The notes: generated by a model from the sequence alone, not told the origin. DNA of 64,000 nt from Candidatus Thorarchaeota archaeon (GCA_029855935.1 JAGSHN010000018.1:76547-140546), one strand, 5' to 3'; shown: positions 29,846 to 40,827, counted from the first letter of the stretch. Numbers and translations are program-made.

Positions 29846-31576
29846 ATGCCACGGGAACCTCTCGAGTCCGAACTGAAACATATGTTCAGAGAAGACCTCA
29901 TTGTTGCCTGTCAATACTGGGGGGTCGACCTGAGCACCAGCAAGTCCGGTGACGAACTGACGCAGCTACTTGCAGAGAAGATGAGGGACAGAGAGGCTCG
30001 TGAGAGAATCTTCGCCACGTTCTCCGACAGGGAGTACGACCTGCTCGGAATGCTGTGCCTCAACGGAGGCGCGATGAGCTACGACGGGCTGAAGCCCTAC
30101 AGAAAGAAGTACTCCTACGGACAGCTGAACCAGACCGAGAGGGAACTCAGAAAGAAGGGCATCATAGTCAGACGGATTGTGCAGCGGGTGACGGACCTTG
30201 GTCGCGAGGTCGCCGAGTTCAAGATAATTGACTTCTTCCTACCGCATCTCATTCAGTATTTCAGTCGTAAACCCGAACACGTCTCGCAGCCTCCGAAGAG
30301 AATAAGGAACTTTGTCAATGAACGGGACTCGCTGCTTGTCGATATCCTGGTGCTCGTCTCGCATCTCGCGACCAACCCCGTAAAGATGACGACAACGTGG
30401 GAGTTCCCCCGCAGAGAGATTGAACGGATCAAGACCGCTCTCTCAAAGCAGACAGACGAACGCTTCGAAACCGTCCAGAGAGTTGCGCGCAAGTGCGGCG
30501 CATACGTCATCGTTGAGGATGACAAGGCGGTACCGGGCCGCATCGACAGGCTCTTTGATGGCGACCAGGCCGAGGTGTCAAAGCGCATACTCCTCGCAGC
30601 GCTGGGCCGCACCAGGGCAATCTGGGCAACTCCCGACCAGCCGACCGAGTTCACATTGAACCTTGCCATATGCAGGCTGCGAGAGAGCAGCGAGGGCGAT
30701 TGGATAACGATAGAGGAGATGAAGCAGTGGATTCGGAGCGAGCTCTTTATCGAGAAGGAGCCACTGAAGTGGATCCAGGTCGATGAGAATAGAGTGGCAA
30801 TTGCGCTTGAGATTCCAATCCTGCTCGGCCTTCTTGAGGCCGCGTACAAGGGCCGGAAGCTTGTCGCTGTTGCACTGACACAGGTCGGTGCGGCTGTTGT
30901 GATGAATCGCCGTCTTCCAGAGAACGAGAGCAGAGAGACCTTCTTCGTGCAGCCGAACTTCGAGATAACGTGTTTCACTCCAGAGATGAACTACGCGGAC
31001 CTGTATAGGCTGATGCTGTTCACGGAGCCCGTCAAGATTGACGTTGTGTCGACGTTTCGAATCACCGACCGGTCGGTATTCAAGGCCGTGGAGCTCGGTA
31101 TGAGAGAGAAGGACATAGTGGAGTTCCTTGAGTCGAAGAGCAGCAAGCCAGTGCCGAAGAATGTGGCGAGGTCAATCCGTGACTGGATTGGACGGATGAC
31201 CTTCGTCAAGATATCGACTGTGACGCTGCTGGAGACAGAGACGGAGAGGGACCTTGAGGGATTGCTGCTCATCAGAGGTCTTGAGGATCATGTTGTGAGA
31301 CGAGTGGGACCGACCGCTGTCATTGTGAGTGGCGATGTCGAGGAGCTGGTCGACCTGCTCAGGGACAACAAGTGCCACGTAACACGTCCCGGGGAAACCA
31401 CGTCTCCTCTGGAGGCCTCACACGGGACTGCCATTGCTGAGCAGGTGTTGCTGTACGAGCAGGCCGCGGCTGACGATGTCCCCGAGGACTGCATGGGATG
31501 TCCAGCTATCCAATCGTGCACGCGTGTGCTGAGACGTAAAGTGGAGAAGAAGAGGCGACGCAGGGTTGGTGCGTAG
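29846..31576 (+). CDS. Helicase-associated (Helicase_C_3, Tfb2/p52-like) domain protein
   Basis: VQPNFEI...FRITDRSVFKAVELGM...PVPKNV..SIRDW; C-terminal CMGCPAIQSC. Confidence 0.8.
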   Translation: MPREPLESELKHMFREDLIVACQYWGVDLSTSKSGDELTQLLAEKMRDREARERIFATFSDREYDLLGMLCLNGGAMSYDGLKPYRKKYSYGQLNQTERELRKKGIIVRRIVQRVTDLGREVAEFKIIDFFLPHLIQYFSRKPEHVSQPPKRIRNFVNERDSLLVDILVLVSHLATNPVKMTTTWEFPRREIERIKTALSKQTDERFETVQRVARKCGAYVIVEDDKAVPGRIDRLFDGDQAEVSKRILLAALGRTRAIWATPDQPTEFTLNLAICRLRESSEGDWITIEEMKQWIRSELFIEKEPLKWIQVDENRVAIALEIPILLGLLEAAYKGRKLVAVALTQVGAAVVMNRRLPENESRETFFVQPNFEITCFTPEMNYADLYRLMLFTEPVKIDVVSTFRITDRSVFKAVELGMREKDIVEFLESKSSKPVPKNVARSIRDWIGRMTFVKISTVTLLETETERDLEGLLLIRGLEDHVVRRVGPTAVIVSGDVEELVDLLRDNKCHVTRPGETTSPLEASHGTAIAEQVLLYEQAAADDVPEDCMGCPAIQSCTRVLRRKVEKKRRRRVGA

Positions 31577-32612
31577 ACTGTTGCCCGAGGAACTCGTGGG
31601 CTCTTTCTTCGGTGTCGGGAGCCTCAGTGTGAACGATCCCGAGAAGCCGCTCGAGTACGTTTCGACAATGAGACTGCCTTACTGGTACCAACTTCCAGCC
31701 CTTCCCGAGGAGGACATGGTGCGACAGTTTGCGTACGTCATAGACGGATTCGAGGATGAGGAGTTGTTCACACTCGACATTGACGTTCACACGTTTCAGG
31801 AGGTCCTCACCGATGACACTCCCATCGAGATTGATGCGGACCACGCCCACGGCCTCTATCTGATGAGAGACCTCGGAAGACGCTTCGAGTTCTTCAAGAC
31901 ACAGCAGACCGCGCCTGCGACAATGTGCTTCACGATTCGCGACCCGGACGGACACCAGCTCATCTCAAAGAGTATGGTCCGGTTCTTTGCATCGCTGATG
32001 CGCAGGATCGCAGTCTGGCAGTACCAGTTCCTGAAGAACTTCTGCGACACGATCATTCTGTGTCAGGACGACCCGGCACTGGGCTTTGTCATCCAGATGA
32101 TTCGACGTGGTGAGGTCAGTGCAATGGACCCCAGATGGATAGTCCGAGAGACCGACTCGGTCTACCCAAGTGAGATCATCCCCTCGTACCACTACTGCGA
32201 GGACTGGCGAACGCTCTACGAGGGCGAAAAGCATCTCCTGTGGGATGGTAGTCCCAAGATTGTTCACATTGACCTTGTCGCATATCCGCCTGACCCAGAC
32301 GAAAAGGGAGCGGAGGCTGGTGAGAAGATCAACAGGTTCATTGAGCGCGGCGGCGCAATCGCCCTTGGTGTCCTTCCGAATGTGGACGATGGCTACAAGT
32401 CCTCGGTGCTGGAGACACTAAGGGAACGCCTCACGGCAACGCTGTCACGCTTCGTAGAGTGCGGTGTCGACAAGGATCTCCTTGCCGAGAACGCACTGAT
32501 ATCAACACAGTGCGGACTGTCACGGGCCTCTCCCCGGCTCGCCGAGGAGATTCACAGGACTAGCCAGAGGTTTCCCGAGGTGTTGAGAGACTGCGTCAGA
32601 CAAACTACTTAA
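31566..32612 (+). CDS. UROD/MetE superfamily (cobalamin-independent methionine synthase-like) protein
   Basis: GVGSL, QLP...EDM, QDDP, HYC, ISTQCGL. Confidence 0.75.
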   Translation: MVRRLLPEELVGSFFGVGSLSVNDPEKPLEYVSTMRLPYWYQLPALPEEDMVRQFAYVIDGFEDEELFTLDIDVHTFQEVLTDDTPIEIDADHAHGLYLMRDLGRRFEFFKTQQTAPATMCFTIRDPDGHQLISKSMVRFFASLMRRIAVWQYQFLKNFCDTIILCQDDPALGFVIQMIRRGEVSAMDPRWIVRETDSVYPSEIIPSYHYCEDWRTLYEGEKHLLWDGSPKIVHIDLVAYPPDPDEKGAEAGEKINRFIERGGAIALGVLPNVDDGYKSSVLETLRERLTATLSRFVECGVDKDLLAENALISTQCGLSRASPRLAEEIHRTSQRFPEVLRDCVRQTT

Positions 32613-32658
32613 GCACGAGGCCACCGCTTGCCGCTTCGAAACTACGACAAGAACGAAG

Positions 32659-33510
32659 GTGTGTATGTCAATGGTGGAGTCGAAAGAGCCCGGCCCGATA
32701 ATGAAGTTCATCCAAGACTACAGGATGAAGATGCTTATACCTGAACTCCTCGTCGTCTTCGGTGTCTGGTATATGGCGCCAGAGTCGATTCAGTGGGGGC
32801 CGCAGGGTAACGTCTACTCATTCCTCGGACCACTGATGTACATCTGTCAACCAATATACTTCGTTCCAAGCGGGATTCTACTTCTGGTCACTGCCATATT
32901 GCTGCACGGAATCTATCCACTGGACAACTATCACGAGGGCAAGATCCCAGAGGTGCCTCGCGGTGCAGTCCTGATGATCATAATCTCATTCGCACTGCTT
33001 CCTGTTCTTGTCGCATTCCAGATGGCAGGCTATTTCATGACGGAGGCTACGGAGTACATCCGGCGCGATCCCTTCTGGGAGAGAATTGAGAGCGTCGGAG
33101 ACCTGCTCTTTTATGCAGGGCCTATGTTCTTTGTCGGAATGCAGTGGTGGCTTCTGATACCCGTCTTCTTCCTCTCCGAGGGCGTCGACGGCATCCACAA
33201 GATTGCTCATCACGAGACCTCGAACGCGAAGATCACGGCACTCTTCTACTTCCTCTGGCCGATATCAATACCGTTCTTCTTCAACCCTGTTGAGATTCTT
33301 GCGATGGCTGCACTGTCCATCCCGGCCTTCGCGTTCTACACGTACATCCGACCATACTACACCTACGTCACGGCAGTGCATACGCTGACCTTCGCACTGC
33401 TGGTCCTCGTCTGCATACCCCTCGCACCGTACCTCCCACTGCTCAACGTCTGGTTCCCCGGCAGCATACCCTATCACACGCCACCCAAGATGTGGAGCCT
33501 GTTTGGATAG
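32659..33510 (+). CDS. Multi-pass membrane protein
   Basis: About seven hydrophobic segments. Confidence 0.75.
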   Translation: MCMSMVESKEPGPIMKFIQDYRMKMLIPELLVVFGVWYMAPESIQWGPQGNVYSFLGPLMYICQPIYFVPSGILLLVTAILLHGIYPLDNYHEGKIPEVPRGAVLMIIISFALLPVLVAFQMAGYFMTEATEYIRRDPFWERIESVGDLLFYAGPMFFVGMQWWLLIPVFFLSEGVDGIHKIAHHETSNAKITALFYFLWPISIPFFFNPVEILAMAALSIPAFAFYTYIRPYYTYVTAVHTLTFALLVLVCIPLAPYLPLLNVWFPGSIPYHTPPKMWSLFG

Positions 33511-33587
33511 AATGAATCGCTGACGGCGAGGACGAGCCACCGTGCGGTCCTCACCCCCGCTCGATCCCGTGCCAGTGGCAGGAGGGA

Positions 33588-33902
33588 CTATCCTGAAGCG
33601 CCGGCGTACGTGGGCTTTCGTGTTGCGACTGTCTCGTCCTCTTCCCTGAGCTTGTGCTGAAACGGACGGCCCTGTCCGTAGATGGCAGGGTCGGCATCAT
33701 GGGTCTTCATCATGATGATGACGAAACCAATGGCCTGAACGATGACCGATGCGAGGGATATCACAAAGACCTCCGGAAAATAGGGATGATTGAATACCTG
33801 ATACAGCCACACAGTGGGATACACAATAGCCTGTATCACGATGCCCGCCAGCAACATCAAGACCCACTTGTTAGTCCAGTTAGACCAAGCCATCTCCATC
33901 AT
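33588..33902 (-). CDS. Small two-TM membrane protein
   Basis: Two hydrophobic helices, charged tail. Confidence 0.65.
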   Translation of the reverse strand: MMEMAWSNWTNKWVLMLLAGIVIQAIVYPTVWLYQVFNHPYFPEVFVISLASVIVQAIGFVIIMMKTHDADPAIYGQGRPFQHKLREEDETVATRKPTYAGASG

Positions 33903-34016
33903 CCTGTTGTCTTCTTACTGATCTGTGACGCAATGGAGCATCCAATTAAAGATGCCTGTGACATAGTCCAGTCCGCTCTCCAGAAAGCGCTAATCCCTCG
34001 ACGGTACTGCGGTTGG

Positions 34017-34964
34017 CTAGCGCAGGGAGAGCAACACGCGGGCCAGTGCTCTGCCCAGCTTTCTAAAGTCAGAGTCGGAGATGTGAGGCACAGACCTCGT
34101 ATGTGATGGAATGTCAAAACGGGCGACCACGATTGTCACATTGCCATCCATTGAGTACTCGAAGAGTGCTGGATACCTCGCTCGAATCCTCGCATGCACC
34201 TTGTGCTCCTCGACTACGGGGCCCTTGTAGTAGCTCGCGACGAGATACGGATAGACGATTGATGATACCGACACCTGCACCTTGATCTGCAGTTCATCTG
34301 GCATGCCCTTCACACCAATCGCGGGCTCGGCATCGGCGATTGCAAGCGCACCATCCCGCTCTGCAAGCTTGACCTTGTACTTCACATCCAAATCAGGAAC
34401 GTCTGCCAGTGCCTCCACGTACCCGAGAACGTAGCCTGTTGGGGGCTCCGTGATGTAGGGGTGAGGATCCACCTTCGCCCACTTGTAGCCGATGGAGTAG
34501 CCAAGTATCGCCACCACTAGGTTGAGAATGATAGTCACAGCTGTGATGACCTGAGGACCGTACGTAGTCAACAGCTCCTCTCCAAGCATGAATATGAGGA
34601 ACATCACGAGAAGCTGACTGACAAGGGCAAGGCATAGGGCGGTGACGCAGGCACAGCTGACATCGGATGAGATGAGATGACCGTAGGCGTCCATATGCTT
34701 CTTGACCATCTCCCGGTATTCCTGGGGTGTGACTCTCACAGTCCGGACGTGCCACTCTCCAGGGAGGTAGTCAATGGCCCGTTTCGATGCCCAGCCAAGG
34801 ATGAGTGCCAGTAGGAGAAGCAGTAATGTCGCTATGTCCAAGACGTAGAAGGGTAGGAACGTAGAGAACCCGAGAGTGATGCTTAGGAACACGAGAACTG
34901 CGGCGGAAACAAGAGTGACCCTGCGCGATCTCGAGTAGTCCACAATGCCTGCATCCTTGCTCAT
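34017..34964 (-). CDS. Four-TM membrane protein, paralogue 3 of the 43372-45332 family
   Basis: Y.P.EW..R...T..EY..M...Y.HL motif shared with both paralogues; start MSKDAG. Confidence 0.8.
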   Translation of the reverse strand: MSKDAGIVDYSRSRRVTLVSAAVLVFLSITLGFSTFLPFYVLDIATLLLLLLALILGWASKRAIDYLPGEWHVRTVRVTPQEYREMVKKHMDAYGHLISSDVSCACVTALCLALVSQLLVMFLIFMLGEELLTTYGPQVITAVTIILNLVVAILGYSIGYKWAKVDPHPYITEPPTGYVLGYVEALADVPDLDVKYKVKLAERDGALAIADAEPAIGVKGMPDELQIKVQVSVSSIVYPYLVASYYKGPVVEEHKVHARIRARYPALFEYSMDGNVTIVVARFDIPSHTRSVPHISDSDFRKLGRALARVLLSLR

Positions 34965-35069
34965 CCTCTCACTCGCCCAAGATACTGTGAGCGTCTCAGC
35001 CAGATGTTTACATATCAAGTTTGCGAGATACAGCGCTAGGTGCATAGACGCTCCGGGCCAGACAACAGC
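34953..35069. repeat. Direct repeat, copy C (start/upstream of gene 34017-34964)
   Basis: Matches 43189-43316, which has an 11-nt insertion and ATG changed to ATA. Confidence 0.92.
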
Positions 35070-35227
35070 GTTTGGTTATTCAAGCAGTCGTATCGCCGAC
35101 ACTCGGTTCTCTTGTAGTTGGGGTTCTATGCTGGGTCATTCAGAGTGGGAGTCGGCGTGAGCGCAGGCTAGTGGTTGCGCTTGTGGTACACCAAGTCTTG
35201 GCCATTGTTCCCACCGACATCCCAACG

Positions 35228-35371
35228 CTATAGACGCGTAGTATGTAATACTGTACTGATAGGGTATACTCTCGATACCGTGATGATTGCAGCCGATGCC
35301 ACAGGAACAGCCGCAATCCAGGGTTCTACCGTAGAAACATAGTCAGCATTCCCTTGCTCCACTGTCGTCAT
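35228..35371 (-). pseudogene. T5: remnant of a toxin-like C-terminus
   Basis: VSTVEPWIAAVPVASAAIITVS aligns by eye with T1 VSIAQPWIRAAFAASAAILTVS. Confidence 0.65.
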
Positions 35372-35423
35372 CTCGATGGACCCAACCTATCAAGTACAGC
35401 GCCAATGTTCTCTTCGTGATCTC

Positions 35424-36152
35424 TCATAGTCTTCTCAATCGCTGGTCCACCAACTCGAGAACGAATGCTCTCTCTTTGACCAAGCGATAGAATCGGATCT
35501 TCTTTCTCGCCTCTCTCTCAGTCCAATAGCGTAGTGCCAACCATCCCGCAGCACTGACTAGCATATAGCCCGCGGCGGGCAATACCACAAACATGTTCAG
35601 CAAGGGACCCCACGCATATGAGGGAGGAAACAGGTAGGAGAGCGCTGTGTAGAGTGGTTGTGTGGTCATCCCCAACATTGGCGCAAGAATAGATGCGGCC
35701 TGCCTGGGACTGAGAACACATCTTCCTCTCACCGATAGCTCGGAGAGAAAGGAACGATAGGAATTCGTGAGCACCAGGCCCAGTATCCCGCCAAGAACCA
35801 CTAGGAGAAAGAGAACAGGTTTTACCAGATCTCTCCCTATGAGAGCGACCAACGTCTCATCCATCTCGTTCGGAACTATTAGCACGTAGCGGGACAGCAG
35901 GAAGGGAAGTGAGATGATAAACACAACCAGAGCCCCAAACAGAAAGAACCAATCTATTGAGAGCCAGACGCTCAGATCCACCCAGTCCTTCCTTCTCCTG
36001 ATAAGACCTGATAAGGTGATTAACGGAGCCATTCCAAATCTCACCCTATTGAGTATCTCAGTCTCATCGTACGTAGCGGCCGTCGCCTCCCACAGGTATG
36101 ACAAGACCCACTGCGCCATCGCCGCATACATAGAGGCAGAACATCTCTCCAA
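35424..36152 (-). CDS. Multi-TM membrane protein, possible orphan immunity gene
   Basis: Four to five hydrophobic segments; accessory tract; start uncertain. Confidence 0.55.
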   Translation of the reverse strand: MERCSASMYAAMAQWVLSYLWEATAATYDETEILNRVRFGMAPLITLSGLIRRRKDWVDLSVWLSIDWFFLFGALVVFIISLPFLLSRYVLIVPNEMDETLVALIGRDLVKPVLFLLVVLGGILGLVLTNSYRSFLSELSVRGRCVLSPRQAASILAPMLGMTTQPLYTALSYLFPPSYAWGPLLNMFVVLPAAGYMLVSAAGWLALRYWTEREARKKIRFYRLVKERAFVLELVDQRLRRL

Positions 36153-36455
36153 TCTTCACATACGTTTCAGAGGATGAAATATCTTTGTAGAAGACCCAAC
36201 CACCACACTTCTGCTCTTTTGGGTGGTGATTGGAATGCGTTCTTTAGAGAATGGGAGAAGACGGTCAACAACTGGGAACTACTCGGGGATGAGGTCGCAC
36301 CTGTCACCCGGGTGGTCAGCAGCACAAGGCCACCAAATGTGGACCTACCAGCTTGACACTGTGGTACTTCGATATGGATAAATTCGACAACGAGGAACTA
36401 TGAGATGAAGAATCACTCTTCATTCTCTCTTGTCTGGCGGGAAGGTGATGGCGAC

Positions 36456-37829
36456 TTGAAGAGGTGGTCTCTTGCCCTGCTTGTCTGTGTACTGGTGCTG
36501 ACCGTGCAGATGCAGCTATCCTACGGGCCAGATAGTGTTGCCTCGCCAGACACCATCAACGTGACCAACGGGGGAGATGTCGCATCCAACGAGATTCATC
36601 GCACCACGCGTCGCCAGGCAATCATCGATTTTGTCATGGCTCTCTACGATGATAATCTGGATGTCTACGATGGTGACTATGCCGTGTTCTATGGGTTTCT
36701 CACGCAGGCTCCGTGGGACCCAAGAATTCATCACAACCCCAGCCCCGACAATGTGTTTGACGGATATTTCGTTCTGAAGAGGTTGAATGCGACTGACCTC
36801 ATTGACTGGAGCAAGTGCAAGAATTTCCTCAAGAGCCTGATCAATCTAGACCCCGAGAGCGACTACTATCATCTTCCCAATTCATCAATCGATACTGCGC
36901 CTGATGTCTGGACTTGCGACACAGTGACCGAATACTACCCTGAACTGGGACTGGAGAGCTGCATATATCCAGACGAGATTACCCAGTTCGTGAGTGGTCT
37001 GCAGAAGACAGATGGTGGATTTGGGACAGCTCCCTTTTCTGATGAGATTGTGGAGAGTGCCACGATGACTGGCACAGCCTTTGCCCTCAGAACGCTCAGA
37101 CGTCTGGGACGTCTCGATATGATTGACAAGGAGGCGGCTCTTGACTTTGTTCTCTCCTGCTACAAGGACGATGGCGGATTCTCCGACATGCCGACAGGTG
37201 AGTCGCTCGTGGGTGCTGTCCCACTCGCGATAATGGCGCTGGAGGCACTGGGACGGACTGACCTGATCAGGACTGAGGAGACAACGAACTTCACGCTTCA
37301 GTTCCTCGACAACAACACAGGGGACGTACCGGACCATACGATAGTCACCCTGTATCGAATACTCTGGTCGCTGGACCATATGGGGACACTGGACAGGGTG
37401 AATCTCGATGCTGTGTTGACGTGGGTACTTGACTGTCAGTCCGCACAGAACGGAGGATTCGACCCCGCTCCGGACCATATGGATGAGTGGAAGGAGAATC
37501 TCTATCTCACAAGGGTGGCGACAGATATTCTTGAACTCCTCGGGCGAATGGACCTTCTCGACGAGAATATGACAGTCTTCCATTATCCCAAGCACACGAT
37601 TCCGGATTGGTACATAGAGTTGACGAACAGGGAGTTTGGGAACTCAACCAGTACCACCACTGCGCTGGGAGGAGGATCGTGGGGTCTTCCATCAATTGAC
37701 ATCCTGAGTGTCATTGCACCATTCGTGCCGGGACCTCTACTTCTGACTCTGATCGCCTCACTTGGAGTCTACATCTACTACTCAGAGAGACAGAGGAGGA
37801 AACTGAGTCGGCTTAGAGAGAAGAGGTAG
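36456..37829 (+). CDS. Secreted, membrane-anchored prenyltransferase/squalene oxidase repeat (PFTB) protein
   Basis: GGTGAT SD + TTG start, signal peptide; LQKTDGGFG, CYKDDGGFS, CQSAQNGGFD repeats; Thr-rich linker, TM, basic tail. Confidence 0.85.
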   Translation: MKRWSLALLVCVLVLTVQMQLSYGPDSVASPDTINVTNGGDVASNEIHRTTRRQAIIDFVMALYDDNLDVYDGDYAVFYGFLTQAPWDPRIHHNPSPDNVFDGYFVLKRLNATDLIDWSKCKNFLKSLINLDPESDYYHLPNSSIDTAPDVWTCDTVTEYYPELGLESCIYPDEITQFVSGLQKTDGGFGTAPFSDEIVESATMTGTAFALRTLRRLGRLDMIDKEAALDFVLSCYKDDGGFSDMPTGESLVGAVPLAIMALEALGRTDLIRTEETTNFTLQFLDNNTGDVPDHTIVTLYRILWSLDHMGTLDRVNLDAVLTWVLDCQSAQNGGFDPAPDHMDEWKENLYLTRVATDILELLGRMDLLDENMTVFHYPKHTIPDWYIELTNREFGNSTSTTTALGGGSWGLPSIDILSVIAPFVPGPLLLTLIASLGVYIYYSERQRRKLSRLREKR

Positions 37830-38145
37830 GTAGGACAGAGACCGCAGCTGACCCAATAGACCACTCACCACCTTGAAGGGCACCGCGAGTTGAGTGAGGA
37901 TTGGACCTCACGGCCATTCTCTCCCGTTCGCTCCAGATTGCCCGACGGCCACCTTCTTTGTACACGCGCCGACACAGGCGTGCCATCTACCACGACCATT
38001 TGATAGAGGTTCACCGTCCTCAAACATAGTATCTTGCCAGCAAGGCTGAGTCAATAGCACTATGTCGGATTCACCATAGAACAAGAGCGCAGCAAAGACG
38101 GAAGAATCCACATGTTTTTCCACTAGATGGGACTGTGTGGGAAAA

Positions 38146-38365
38146 ATGATAGCGAAGTGTGATGACTGAGGGAGAACATACTTACCAAAGAGAGAGGCCT
38201 GGCAAAGAATTCAATCTCGTTGATACTACAACGGGAATCTATCTTGTACCCATTCCAGCCGACCCGGTAAAGGATCTGGAAGAAGAGTCGGCAAAGGACC
38301 TCCCGAGAAGTCAATAGAGAACTTCAAAAGAAACACTCAAGAGCAGGCAATGGGGGTACTTGAGT
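38146..38365 (+). pseudogene. vapB: AbrB/MazE-type antitoxin (vapB) pseudogene
   Basis: MIAKCDD*GRTYLPK / GKEFNLVDTTTGIYLVPIPADPVKDLEE / KSIENFK in shifted frames. Confidence 0.7.
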
Positions 38366-38717
38366 ACTCTATGTGGGTACTGACTTCTTTCTTGCACTGC
38401 TCGAGGCAACAGACTAGCCAAAGAAGAAAGCACGGTCAATTCTGAGGAGACACAAGGGCAATGGTACGACTTCAGAAGCAACTCCTATTGAGATGATGCT
38501 TTTGGCAAGAAAATACAGTCTGGACTGTGTCAGAATTGCTACGGACATTATGAGAATCTGCGGAATAGAGGATTCAACATACTGAACGGCGCTGTGCATC
38601 TCTGAGAGTGTCGGGGTCTTTGATGCCTTTTATGCAGGTCATCGCAAGGGCAAGACAATCAGCTCAGACTCTGTCTATGGTGGACTCGGACTGAAAATAG
38701 TCAGGCTTGAACGTTGA
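38364..38717 (+). pseudogene. vapC: PIN-domain toxin (vapC) pseudogene
   Basis: LYVGTDFFLALL..TD*...TSEATPIEM...Y*...VGVFDAFYA / TISSDSVY; two stops and a frameshift. Confidence 0.8.
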
Positions 38718-39152
38718 CAGTTGTAGTATTTTCGCATCAAGAAGTTAGTGAAAAAATCAGCCCATACAAGACCTGTAGTGAACAGACTACCAGAAACTAC
38801 TCCCAACAGGAAACATACCAGTGTTAGAATCCTCCTTCTCTTCAAGTATGGAAGAAACCTGCCAATTCCGCAGACATTGGATGTCCAAGATGGACCAACG
38901 CGAATATTGGCGATTCTGAACCCTGATTGTGTGTCCCCGTCTAGTCTCATAGCAACATATCGACCAATCCTACTAGACTTCCACGCCAACACAGTGTCTC
39001 TGCCTGGGTCATCTCAGTTCTACTACTAGACATTCTCCAGCTAGGAAGCTGTCTGTCTGCAAGAACCCTCTCACCTGAGCCTTGATACAGACAACTCTAC
39101 TAAGGGCTCGATGGATGGTCAGAGGATACTCCGGAGATTCAGGATCCACTAC

Positions 39153-39450
39153 CTAGACATCGGGTACGTTCCCGATGATGGTCCCCACTGCTATGTTCAC
39201 CGCACCATCACAATGCATCAGGACAACATCGGTCACACTTCTCGGACGAAATAGCAACAGGCAGTCTAGGTCCCTCACCTCCGTAGCAGGCCTCGCACCA
39301 TTGAGAACAGTGCTGAAGACCAGAGAGAGTGGGGAATCAATACCAGAAGACTTGGGTGCCAGCGTTGCGCACAGCACGGAGTACCGAGCTGCCGCATAAG
39401 ATCTACAAGAACGTGTTGTGATGAATCTCTGCGGACCGAGGTTTCAACTC
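39153..39450 (-). pseudogene. T4: 5' remnant of a toxin-like gene, homologous to 21400-21700
   Basis: Shared gaatcaataccagaagacttgggtgccagcgttgcg; TDVVLMHCDGAVNIAVGTIIGNVPDV*. Confidence 0.85.
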
Positions 39451-39539
39451 ATAAGTCTACAAAGGCACCCCCATGGTCGGTGCCTATCAGAGAAACTGAA
39501 CTGTGGCACCAATCATTGTGATGATTGCGCTCCATTCAT

Positions 39540-40288
39540 CTATGAGTTCACATAGGCCGCCAGAAAGAGTACGACCTCCTTGGGAACTGTCTTGTCAAGA
39601 TGTCGTATCAGCAGCCGTCGTCTAGGCCCGAACGTACGAGTCCCAAGACCTTGCCACAGGATCTCCCTGAGGGAACGCCCACCAATTCTTAGAACAACCC
39701 GCTCTTTCGGTCCACCAGTTCAAGTGTATGAATACCAACTCTGCTATCAGGGGCAAACCATCTTGCGCCCTCTTCGTCGTATACTACGTACGTAGCGGGC
39801 TCGCCGATTGGGCTTGCCACAGGAGACCTTGACCAGATGAATCCATAGGTATACGTATCAACATAGTAGGTCTCACCAGCGCCTGTCGGAATCTCAACAA
39901 CGTTCTTCGCTGGTGAGCCATCGTCCCCTTTGACAAACCTGATTGTTGTCCGAAGACGGACTCCATCAGCATCCAATACGGAGAACTCTTGATTGAAATC
40001 GAGCATTTGATGCGCCGTTTCAGCATCCCAGACCGAGGAGTTCCTAAGGATTAGAAGGCAGGATTCGCTCTTGTGTTTCTCTCGTTCAATCGTCCACGCT
40101 TTCGCACTGATACGAGCATCAGACAGACGACTCCAGTGAATGTACTCTGTTCGTTGGAGAACAATTCGGGTATTATCGAGGTCTAGTGTTTCCAGCCTCT
40201 CCGTTGGGGCATATCGCCTGAGCATCCTCTCACGCCATCTCTCAGTACTCCTTCTGACAGCCTCCCTAGGCCTCTCACTCAGAGGCAA
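39540..40288 (-). pseudogene. Frameshifted paralogue of 40828-41619
   Basis: One base missing near 39705; other frame continues ERVVLRIG...VPKEVVLFLAAYVNS* matching IPKELALFMAAST. Confidence 0.8.
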
Positions 40289-40827
40289 GGTACGCCACTC
40301 CTCATAGTCTCGTGCTCAGTTCTTCCATCTACATTGCTCAGAACCAATAGGTGTTGCGCCACCTGCGACTATATGCAAGAGTCCATCGAGGACACTCTAT
40401 GTAACTATTGTTTCTATTGTGACGGGTGACTGGTCATTGGAATGAGTGGTTGTCTCTGCTATGTGAACGCCAAAGGACGCCTCCTATTGCTGTCAATGTG
40501 AGAAGAAGAACACCCCGTATATCTCAGGTGACAGCCAGTTCAGCAGGGCAGTCTCCTCCTTGATGATACATCTGAAGACATGGAGAAGAGCATACACAAG
40601 TGTCAACATAAGGAGGACAGTCAGACTCCCTCGTCTGTATTGATGTTCATCGAGTGCAAGACCCTCCCAGTGTGCACAGAATGACCAGGGACCATACCCA
40701 GAGTCTTCTGTCAGTAGATATCATCTATGACCCCCAGTAGTCCCTCCAACTACCGTAGCCACTCTGGGAGACATCCTTGCTCCTTTCACTTGTGTCTCTT
40801 GCGTGTGTCACACATTGCAGAAGGGCC

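Noticed and set aside
34965-35045. N-terminal extension of ORF 34017-35045 and ORFs 43030-43356, 23479-23772
   Set aside because: They translate the duplicated non-coding repeats
38146-38717. Selenocysteine/pyrrolysine recoding of in-frame TGA/TAG
   Set aside because: Stops co-occur with frameshifts, indicating decay
38675-39029. Overlapping ORFs 38675-38992 (-) and 38748-39029 (+)
   Set aside because: No recognisable motifs; probably debris
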